From NCBI GenBank assembly GCA_951406725.2, contig OX597817.1, positions 86,676,001-86,740,000 of the forward strand: a stretch of DNA of 64,000 nucleotides. The letters run 5' to 3'. The notes under the pieces are model-generated. The model had not been told where the DNA came from. It did not search any database and saw only the letters and a program-made list of their open reading frames with translations. Shown piece after piece: positions 52,956 to 64,000 of the stretch. Every line of letters starts with the position of its first letter. Positions within the stretch are counted from its first letter, which is position 1. The position numbers and the translations under genes are program-made. This DNA comes from Octopus vulgaris (Eukaryota).

Positions 52956-55900
52956 GTAAGTATAAATATAAAAAATATCTTCAAAGTTTGCTAAATATTC
53001 TCTGAAATATTGTCGTTATTTTCATAAATTATTTTATTAATACCAGTATACTTTGTGGGTATGTGTTTTCTAGATAGAATGGTAAGATTTATTTAGAAAT
53101 AATAGCTTTCTTTTTGAACGTACTGACAAGAAAAAATATTTTGTGTTACCTTCCCATCAAATAAAAAACAAAGCTGCTTTATGCGGTGTCCCTCCACCTG
53201 AAAACCTTACCGTAATTAACTTTTTATCAAATGGCACATTCATGCTTTCTAACTGGTTATCCATCCCTAAGTTTAAATACACCTGTCTAATAATATTGAA
53301 GTGTGTACAACCTAAATTAATATCCGCCGCTTCAGACAAACTAAACAAGGTGAACTCAACACCTACATTTCTTTTTTCAGTTACAATATTATTTGTATTT
53401 TTCGCTGGGGTTTTTTTTTGCATTCCATTCTTCGTGTCAGTTTATAGACATTCCTGTCTGAGACCAGCAGTAGTATATGTGGTCGATATTGTTATTCCTA
53501 TTGTCGACACTTATCTCTTCTCGTCTCTATAATTCTTTTACAATTGCTACAGTTATTTACTAATCACAAATACATCGATAAAAAAAGAAAATCATTTTGT
53601 AAAGCTTAAATATATTTATACAATATTATTTGAACATGTTAGACCTTAGAAACAGCACACACACATCACAGTTTATCGATCCCACAATTCTGAAACTTCA
53701 ATATAAACTTTCTGTATGTCAGATCTTCGGTCTTAAACTATATTTCCCTTATATATATAAAGTGTTGAAACCCCTAATATGAAGGGTTTTATCTAAAATA
53801 TTTTAGAAAGAGAAAGGTTGACGAGTATATAGTAAATGTGTATTTTCCGTTTTGGTCAAGATTAAATCGGTATTATGTCCAATTAAATCTGCTTTAGTGG
53901 ATTAATTTCGTTTATTATTATTATTCAAGTGAAACTGTAGCTAGGACATTTTATAAATAGTAGTTTTATAAATGTCGCGATAATATTAACAAGCAGTCGG
54001 TCTTTTGTTGAATATATATCAGCCCTTGTGTGTGTGTGTGTAAAAACTACTAATTTAAGATATTGAAAGATTTTAGAATACGTCCTAGGTAGGGTGCAAG
54101 AATGTTTTACAATTAATGAACATTCTGTCGGTTGTAAACGGGAGGGAGAGCGATCGACCTCAAATTCACAACTTCGTTTTAATAGGGAAAAAAAACGACG
54201 GTAAAGTTCTGTGTTCAAAACCTGTTAAGGTCGATAAAATAATAACCCAGTCTAATTGTGACCTTGTATCTATGATAGAAATCATTGAAATATTGTGCTC
54301 ATTAATTTATGACTTATCATTTTCCATCTTTTATAAAGATGTATACTCGCGCAGCATAAACTTTATTTAAATCTTTCGTTAAATTACTTGTTGACACATT
54401 CACATTGTTGTAGATTTTTCTTTTTCAAGTTGTCTTAGTTTTTAAATAAATTAATTAAACTGTAATCTCAATTAGTTTTATCGATGGAAACAACGTGTTC
54501 CAGCAGTGCCGACGCGGCACTATTCACCCGGGTCCACTTCAGTACAACGGATATTTTCTCCAAACTTGTTGAATGTTTAGACACTTGTTAAGCAATGTTG
54601 CGGATGTTGTGACACACACGCAAATGCACACGTGCATTCAAACTATCGCACACACGAACACACAACCGCACAAACAGACGCCCACTAGTGACAATGATAG
54701 AAGCGTCGCGTGGTCACCCTGCTTGCTAGAAACAGCAGCCAAATGTCCCTTAACTCATGCAGTATTTCGAAAAGGGAGTAAACTCAAAAGAATATGCAAT
54801 ATAAGAAAATTGAAACCATTATAAGAATAGCCAGGTCAAACAAAAACGTGATTAATTTTTTTTTTATGTATTTCGGTTATGAAATTATCCAACAGCTGTA
54901 CTTCAATGTTTTTTTTTAAGTATAAGATATACAATTAACACGATTATTAATATTTAGTCAAATAAATCAGCCAGATTGTTCTTGTTTGAGGCTTTGTAAC
55001 AAGAAATCCTATATTTGTGTATTCTTTTATAACTGAACGGTAGAGAGCCCTAAGGTTGTAGCAGGAAGAGGAACGCATGCAACAGGGTGAATTCTACTAA
55101 ATTATCCCAAAGGGCCAAGCACCGAACAACATGCTTCCGCCTGCTAATTCTCTGTTGACAGAGCTTTGGACCAGCCGAACATGTAGTAAACACACTTACC
55201 CGAGATGCCGCACACGGCGATTGAACCCTGAACTTCATAATACATTCCTTTAATCGAGTTCACAGCCGTTGTACGAAGCATCGTCAGATAAATGTAGTTA
55301 CAGAAGCACCATATATGAAAAAGTCTTGATATTCAAACAACAATGGCGGTGCCCCAGCATGACCGGAGTCTATAAGCTTAAACAGGTGAAAGTGTAGACG
55401 AGCTAGCACGTACATCGTTACACAAAAACTGATGAGCAAACGCACCATCACAAATGTACACACACACACACCTTCACCCGGTACACTAGCGCGCACACAA
55501 AGTATTTAAACTTTCTCCCATTCTTTGCATGCAAGATATGTATTTATAGGTGTGTGTGTGTGTAGCCTTAGTAACTCGTTTAATTTTGAAGATCCCTTTC
55601 CTCTTTCACTTCAATCTATAAAAACATCCCTCCACTAATTATTTCTTTGTTTCTTTACATAAAAAGAAAAATATTGTCACGCGCACACACATACACAAGG
55701 TGAACATTTTAGCTCAAAGGGCAAAAATGTCGACCTGAACTCTCTTAAAAGCCTTTATTCTGAAATTAACTCTCATATCATTTAGGAATATCGGTAATCA
55801 TCTCTCCTCGAGGTTTGTTTTAAAAATGGATTGCATTTAACAAGTATTCTGTCTACCTCTACTTTTGGGTAACAACTACAACTAACTTTGCCATCGCCTC

Positions 55901-58289
55901 TAGCAAATATGTCGACCGCTTTTGCATTCCACCTACTCTATTCACTTTTTTTTTTCTTCTTGTCTGGCCACTCTTACCTGTCTCTTTGTGTCTCCCTCAC
56001 TATTTCTCTTCTCTTTGTTTCTTCATTTCCTCCCTCTATCTCCCCCCTCGTCATGTAGACCTCTCCCTCCCTCCCTCTCTGTCTCACACGGGAAGAACGA
56101 TCATGCAAGGTTAATTAATCTTCATTCTGTTTTTAAAATAGATTTTTCTCCCCATTCCCATCTCACCACACATGATCATACACACACAACAAAAACAACC
56201 CTCAAGTATATATATTAAAATGGCAACTCACACTCAGGGCTAAATTTTATATTCCCTTCCTATTTAAATATATACTTATGCCGCCGCCACCTCCTTAAAA
56301 TAGATTTGTATGCTCTCAGTAAATGATTTTAACGTATTTGCACGACATTCAAAACAAAATATGAATCCTTGAATCCCTGCAATTTTTATCTACATTTTTT
56401 ATTGACTCAAATAGAAATACCTGGTTTATTTGACACTGTCTTCACGTGTATCTCTAATATTTGTTGGTTGGATATTAAAAAGATACGAGAGTAGCCTTTA
56501 TGATTTATTTGCTCGGTTCAGTTTAGCTCACTGCTCAACTATTTCTAGGACAACACCTGTGTTTAGCATTAGGTTTTAATATTCATTGTAACTGTCAGTT
56601 AGTAGCTGCTGGTACACACACATACAGAGGATATTGACTAAAGGATTGGTTATTAAAACAGGTTTTTGTTCGTTTTGTTTGTTTCGCTTTTTTTTTTCAA
56701 TTCTATTTCCTTAAAAGGTTGAGTCATAACTATATCTTGTATTGAGGACAGCTTATCATTGAAATGCTTGACAATTTTACCTTTTTGTGTTTGTACTAGG
56801 TGGGTGGAAAGTAATATTTGTCTTAATTACCTTAATCTTAATGTTTGCTGGAACAAAACTTACTAAGTAACGCTGCCATAGTTATTAAACTAAGCCCCTT
56901 TTATAATAGTTGCTGTTGTTTAGCCAACCCCGCGTTAGTTTGGATCGAGCTAGCCTTCAGCTTTTACTACCACGCCTTCATAATATGTCCAGAATTATAC
57001 ATTGTCCGGTATACCAGGATATTGTTACGGGGGTGGGGTCCTGCCAGTATGTCGGATCAGGGTCCAGAAACCTAATTGTCTAACAGGCTTTTTTCTGTAA
57101 TTAAAAAAAAATTTAAGCATTCGCAGATTCCTTGAATATTAAAAAGTGAGCCCCATACTCCGGATAAAGTCTTGTTCTGCCTTGTGAAATTTGTGTTAAT
57201 CTCTCGATCTTTGTAAGACTGGGTTGAGGGAGATTTGGTTGCAGGTCGATCGGAGGTCCTGATGGATATATCCTTCATAGTAAGATGGTATTATTTGAGG
57301 GTAATTTGGCTGCTTTTACTTGCAGATATTGCTGGGTACCCTCTGTTCTTTGTAGGATGATGTTAGAGGGCGATTTGGCTGCTATTATATGCAGGTCAGT
57401 TCTCAATGTGCTTTGCAGTGTTTAGCTATAGCCTCTAGCGTAGCTAGAGTGTGTGCCGCCTGGGGTGGCTCTTTCGTTTGCCGCTTCCGGACCCCACAAA
57501 AACCACATTGTCTACAGCAGACCCAAAAGTACTATCCCTTTAGAAGTGCCGCTCCCGCCCCAGCTACGCTAATGGTTACAGCTCTTTATATCGTTGAGTT
57601 TAAGTCCTACCAAGACCAGCTTTGCTTTCATTCATTCTGCCAGAACTGTAAAAGTAAGTACCAGTGAAGTACTAGTGTCAAATTAATCAACCAGGCTCTC
57701 GGCCCAGATTTGTAGACGACCTCGTATTAATGTTAAAAATCAATATCTTCAGTGGGAGCTTTTAAACGCTTGGATGGACAGGTGTATAACAAATACAACG
57801 CAATTTTATTTAGAAATGCTAAATACCATGCACTATTTTGTTTTCATCCACCTACTTTCTGAAATTCAAATCCTTCAGCACTCCATAACGCACTCAATAC
57901 TCTAATATCAAAATAGTTCTTGTTTAACTCAAAGAAGGTCTATGGTCCGAAGTATTCCAGCGACGACCTTTTTTTTTTTTTTTCATGTAAGAATACTGTA
58001 TATTATATCTGAAATAAGTGTAATTTGGGGGAGATTTAGCTATTTCTAGCAGGTCAAACATCTACATATGGACTCCTTTGTTAGCCCTTAATCAACCTGT
58101 TTACTTGGCTGTTCTTTTATCATCTCTGGGATAGTAAAAAGTTAAATTCCTATCTTCAGTGAGAATTTAACTCTTATATAAATGGGCAAAACTAAATACC
58201 ACAAAACATTTAGCTCTACCAGTTACATTTAGCTCTACCAGTTTAGCATCCTTATTCAGTTATTATTATTGTTATTCTTCTTTTCAACC

Positions 58290-59232
58290 CTTTCTGATAC
58301 ATTGAATTCACTTCCTGCCAAATGCAACTTTGCTATTCATCCTTTCAGGGCCAATAAAAATACCCGTTAAGTATTAGGATTGTTGTATTTGACTGAGCCC
58401 CTCCCTCTAAAAATTGCAGTTCTTTTGTTAAAATTTGGTGGCGAACTGACACTCATTAACACACCAGCCAAAAGGCTTACTGGCATTTCGTCCATCTTTA
58501 CATCCTGAGTTCAAATACCACTAGGGTCAACTTTGCCTTTTAACTTTTCAAGATCAATGAAATAAATACCAGTTGACCACATGTCAATGTAATCGACTTA
58601 ACCGACCCCACTGAAATTTCTGGCTTTGTGTACAATTTGAAACCATTATTATGATGGTGAGCTGGCAGAATTGTTAGCATGCAGGACAAAATACTGAACA
58701 CCATTTTTATGTTCTGAGTTCAAATTCTGCCAAGATCGACTTCACCTTTCATCTTTTCAGGGTTGACTAGCACTCCCATAAAATTTCAGGCTTTGTACAT
58801 ATAGTGGAAAGTATTATTTGGAATGTGAGCTAACAGAATCATTAGGTGTCAGACAAAATGCTCAGCATTTTTTTTTTCCAGCTCTTTACATTCTGAGTAT
58901 AACCTCGTCGAGGTCAACTTTGCCTTTCATCCTTTTGGGGTTGATAAAATGAGTACCAATTCAGTACTGGCATCAGTGTAAGACCCTTCCTCCAGAATTT
59001 CAGGTTTTGACCTATAGTAGAATTATTGTTTGGAGGGTGTTGGATTGACAGAATTGTTAGTGTAGGATAAAAAGCTTTGCAGGATTTCTTCCAGTTCTTA
59101 ACATTCTGAGATCCAAATTTGCTGAGGTCATCTTAACCTTTCATCCTTTCAGGGTCAATATAACAAGTACTAGTCAAGTACTGTAATCATCCTGTCCTCT
59201 CCCTTAAAAATTGCAAGTCTTGTGTCAAAATT
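58290..59232 (+). mobile_element. Head-to-tail array of about 5 decayed SINE family C units
   Basis: CTTTGCCTTTCATCCTTT-like core recurs near 58330, 58530, 58740, 58920 and 59135. Confidence 0.75.
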
Positions 59233-61527
59233 AAGCAAAGCTGCCAGGTTGAGAAGTTTACTTCTTAACCACATAGTTTTGGGTTCAGTCCCATTGCATG
59301 GTAACTTAAACGAGCGTCTTTTACTATATCCCCAGGTCAACCAAGGCCCCGTGATTGGATTTGATAGATGAAAACTGAAAGAAACTTGTGTGTTTGCATC
59401 TCCTTTCTTGACATTGCGTGATACTTGTAAATGAGTACCATTGTCATACAGGCAGTATCATTCATTTCTTATATTCTGCAAAAGCATGTCAAGGCATAAA
59501 ACCATGGACAAGTGAATGTCAAAATGATGATTTCGAAAGCCAGTGAACATCAGAATTAGTAAAACATCACAGAGAAAATGTGTTGCTATATTTAGTCATG
59601 CCCCTTTACATTCCAAATTCAGACACTGTCAACATTGTCTCTTGTCCTTCCAGATTCAGTAAAATAGACTTGTTAAGAAGTGGATCTGCTGTAATAAATT
59701 TGTGTGCTTGCACCTATGTTGTCAATCCAGATTAATGATATCATGGTTGGATTAGAAGTTTGCCTGAACAACAATCCCTGTAATAATTATTAATTCCCTT
59801 CAAGTAATGTTGTTCTGTTCGAGTTTTGGATCTACAAGTTAAAAATATAGTACAGAACCTCTTGTCTGGCTTCCAAAATGTGGGAATACTATGCAATATC
59901 TATTTACTGTACTATATAATTGAGTAAATAGACCCTGTTTTTGAAGTTGGTCAATTTGCATAGTGTGTTAAGAATAATTTCATTTGTTATTTTTTAAGCA
60001 GATTTAGAATTGTATTAATTTGTACCTGTATCTGTTAAATAAAATTAAGTTCTTTGCTTTTCTTTTTATTTCTATCTTAATAAACATTATATTGTACACA
60101 TAGTACAGTATGGTATACTTAAACAATTTTAAGTGGATTAATAAATATCAAACAGACTCTGCTTTAGATGTGTATTAATTTGAATGTTAAATTTATTTCT
60201 TTACTTTTCTTAGTTTAGTTTATATTTTAAGTATACATTTAAACTGTCTCCACATAAGCTAGTTATCCGAGATACTTTGAGTCTAAAGCTTGCCAGATAA
60301 TTCGTTTGGTACTGTATAAGATGTTAATAAAAGCCTCTTTGTCATGAAACAAAATAAATACCATGGACTCTGCTCACATTGGTCCAGTCCTTCCTTCTCT
60401 TTTCTATATAGATACTAGTGTAGCATAGGTCAAGAATGATGTGTGTATAGAATAAATTTTAGTAGAAATGTTTATGAGATGAGGTTTTCAAAAACAAAAA
60501 AGTAAAATTAGTACGAGGTCAATAGTCTCTCTCTCCAAATGACTCTCCTGAATGAGCCAACCAACAGACTGAGTTGGTTATTTTATAGAGATGAATCAAC
60601 CAACAAAGCAGCCTTTACACACCAAGACCAGTCAACTTGTTAAAATAATTAAATCTTTCTCTTCGAATAAAGCCCTCACTGTTATAAGTACAATAGCCAC
60701 TCATGAAGATTTCAAAAACAATGAAACTATAAACTATATCAATTTCAAATTGGAGCATTATAATAACTTATTCAATGGTTTACAATTCTCAATTTCACTA
60801 CTAATGACTTCAATTTTATTGAGCTTACTTTCACTGTGTCAGTCTTGATCAAACATACTTATGATCATCAGTGGTCCTGGCCATAGCCATTTCATTTTTT
60901 TGTATATCAGGGGCTACACAATGTATTTTTGGTTTTTGTCTTTTAAAGGATCGAAGTCACAGCTGTTTATCTAACATTCTTTGGTTGCATCTACCAATAA
61001 TTGAAGATTAAACCCTGCTGTCGTTGTCAGTAACATTCATTTCTCAGGTGTGAGAGTAAATTCTAATTGGTTTAGTTCGATAGACTGTTTTGTCTCTAAC
61101 GATATTTGTTACGCTTAATCAGGGAGAGATTATTAACCTTAATTAAAAATATTATGAATGTCAAAAGTTTTATATTTATTTATCAACTGAGAAATATGCC
61201 AAGAATTTATTTTTGAATTATCAAGAATTGAATACATTGTGATAGCAGTGGCTAAAAAAATATCTGTGGCAAAAACCTTGTAACAAATGTTACAAAATAT
61301 TAAATTTATTTTATCTGAAAATTTTATATAGATTCTTCTTGTGTCTTTACAGCAAAATGAAATTATTCTGATTGTTGTTCTAATTAATTAAAAATGAAAT
61401 ATGGCATAATTTAATGAGAATTTCTTCAGCATACTATCATGGTAAATGCTGTGTTTTGCTAGAAAACTAAAAGAAAAGAACTTGAGAATTAATACTCATT
61501 ACTATTCTTTGTACCAAAATTGTAATA

Positions 61528-61692
61528 CAGTAATCCCTCACCATATCACGGTTCACCTATTGCGCACTCAGTACATCACGGTTCACCTATCGTGGGTTTC
61601 TGTGGCCAATAGGTATTTATATTTTTTTAGATTTTAATTATTTCTGTGAGAGGTTTTGGAACATAACAGCCACAATAGTCGAGGGATTACTG
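61528..61692. mobile_element. pogo/Tigger-type MITE
   Basis: TIR CAGTAATCCCTC / GAGGGATTACTG with TA TSD. Confidence 0.8.
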
Positions 61693-64000
61693 TACTCTTT
61701 TAATACTTTGGGACAGGGAACACCCTAAATCCAGTATTTATAATGTAGCAGCAAGGCCACAAAGTTTATACAGTCTGGAACAAGATGATTCTATTAAACT
61801 CAATATTTTACCGTTTGTTTGTATTGCCGAACCCCGAACAATGGAAAACTAAATTATTCAGACTCATCAGGACCGATGAAATTATGCTATGACTTGGTAC
61901 AAATGCTAGCACTAGAGAGGACCCCATTAAAGGTACACATAGGCTGGGTGGAGGTTTTAAGCCAAATACAGGAACCCTGCAGTCTGCTTCCACATAGCTT
62001 TCATCTACAAGGCTATTGCAGTAGACACTAAAGGAACCACATTGTTGGACTCCAAAATCCATGGAATGGGGAAGCAAATTTACTCACTTATACAGCCATG
62101 TCTGCCATTTTAATTCTAAAGCTAAGTTGGTTGGATTTGTTAGTATCTCTGCTGCTAATTTTGCACAAGTTTATGAATATTAGGTATTGCTAAAGCCAAT
62201 TGCTTTAAATATTTCTTGTGTTTCCATTTAAGTCCCACAGCTATTGATAAGAAGAAGGATTCATATGAACATTACTGAACATTTTTTTGAGACCATTTTT
62301 AATAAAGTGGTTTAAATTAAAACCTTCCTTCAAAATTTCATGTTCATTTCTGTTCCAAACTTGAGCTTAATAATATGTTATTTTACTAAATTCTTCATTT
62401 TTCAAATTTAATTGAAGCAAAAGAAGTGTACTTTAGTGGAAATATAGTAACAAGAGTTATAACTATCTATCTTTGAAACTTGTTTTATGAAATGTATAAT
62501 AAATATACTGTGTTATCATGCCTTCAAAATGATTAAGTATGGTTTCTAAAAACTAGCTTTGCGCATCTCTCTCAGAATACTTTTTTTTCTCTCCAAACTA
62601 TTCTTCTTCATACTTAATAATCGTTTCTGCTGCTTTTCTTTACCAATTTAAAAAATTTTTTTTCGTACATAGAGATTAACTTTCTGAATCTTATGTACAA
62701 TATTATTTGTGCAAAGGGCTAGACTTTTAATTCAGAGCAAAATATTTTAATCTAAACACTTTCAAAGTTATATGTATTCTATATATCAGTGGTTTCCGCA
62801 CCATTTCAGACTCCCACCTCTTCGCATCCTCTTTCCACTGCAAATTCAAAACAACTGTGTTTCACAAATAAAACTTAACCTAATTGACCCATTATTTTGT
62901 TGTTACAATATGAAAGACTAATTTTACATCCCACCTGTAACTACATTGTTTTAATATTTTTAATGCAATAGATGTACATTATGCAGAGATATCATCTTCT
63001 GGCTGAAAGGTACTGAAAAGTAGTCTTAGCTGACTGTATTCAATAATTTTTAGTCTGTTTCTTTGCTCAGAAAAAAATCTGGACAACTCCACTGAAGCCC
63101 TGCTCTACAAAACATGCTGTTGAGAAGGCAATAAAGTACATTTTGACTTCATCCCACAATGCAGAGTAGCAGTCAGAAAGGTCCTTTTGCAATCAAAAAT
63201 CCTGGCATGATTTGTTTGAACTTTAGTTTCAGCTCAATGTCATTTTAAAGTGAAATAAGTTCTTCCACTATTCTTGTTTCCTCATTACTGATGTCTAGGA
63301 AACATCCAGGCTGGCATTGTAATCAAAAATAAATATCCTAAAATCTATTAAATATGTCTCTGTGCAGCTCATCCAGGTGTGAGCAATACACTTGAATACC
63401 ATTTGGTATGTGCCTTTCCTTCTCCAATTCAGAGAGGCTCAGCAACTGGAAGGAATTAATAATTGTTTGTTGAATTTGAATAGCTGTTAACTTGGATAGA
63501 AACTTGGAGAGGGCTCATTTTACTTTGGTAAGATTTAATTTCATTTCCTTGTAGTTGCAAATTAATTTCATTGAACTTTGGGTGGGAATATATCTGCCAC
63601 ATAAACGTTTCTTGATTCATCACAAAGGACAGAATAAGTCTTGCAAGAATTCAACAACTGTTTTAAAAACGGAATAGAAACTTTCAGGCAGTTTCCTTTT
63701 GACAGACATCAAACTTCTGTGTGCAACAACAAGCATTCATAATCATTATCATTCTCAGTACAAGATGGTATCAAAAAGTTCCTGGTCTAATTCTGTAGCA
63801 CACCAACAGATGGCAACACATGTTTGTATGTGCAGTGAGTGAGAGCTAGCGGTGACCTTCATGAGGCAGTGTACCAAGTGACAAAACACAAACATGCCAA
63901 GTTTCCAAAACATAAATTAGAAAAAATTGTAGAAGACATTGAAAAACAAGAACAGTGAGCTCCAGTTCAAACTCTTTTATGATAATGTGTACTCTACCAA

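Larger units (their letters stand above)
52956..64000 (+). other. Intron 1 of the cadherin gene (no downstream exon recognised)
   Basis: Starts with GTAAGT. No cadherin-coding segment seen downstream; only decayed TEs. Confidence 0.65.

Noticed and set aside
52956-53005. C-terminal SKYKYKKYLQSLLNIL of the 498-aa ORF
   Set aside because: Read-through past a strong GTAAGT donor; probably intronic.
53143-53532. 129-aa ORF after the cadherin exon
   Set aside because: No cadherin or other motif, non-ATG start, intronic composition.

Overview
Eukaryotic, AT-rich, microsatellite-saturated DNA. The SINE families and repeat style suggest an Octopus (coleoid cephalopod) genome; this is inferred, not verified. 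Bases 1-51,300 are intergenic and built almost entirely from tRNA-derived SINEs, LINE remnants (R4/Dong, RTE, Tx1, CRE, CR1-group), Penelope-like elements (PLEs), mariner/Tc1/pogo/hAT/Helitron pieces and MITEs, embedded in (TA)n, (CA)n, (TACA)n and (AGAT)n tracts. The only host gene I can support is the large first coding exon (51509-52955, +) of a neural-cadherin-like classical cadherin, followed by more than 11 kb of intron. Most notable observations: (1) nine type I hammerhead ribozyme motifs from about six PLE terminal-repeat families, with recurrent non-canonical cores (CCGACGA, CTGTYGA) and two intact cores with long stem II; (2) an open GIY-YIG endonuclease ORF with no RT upstream, whose Cys linker is replaced by an Asn-rich tract and which ends in an intact hammerhead; (3) GG-ended MITEs with 8-bp TSDs (Merlin-like), two of which carry telomere-like CCCTAA arrays; (4) a LINE/SINE shared 3' hairpin with compensatory changes; (5) a CpG-decay boundary inside the cadherin intron. 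Most ORFs in the supplied track are microsatellite artefacts. All alignments and folds were done by eye.
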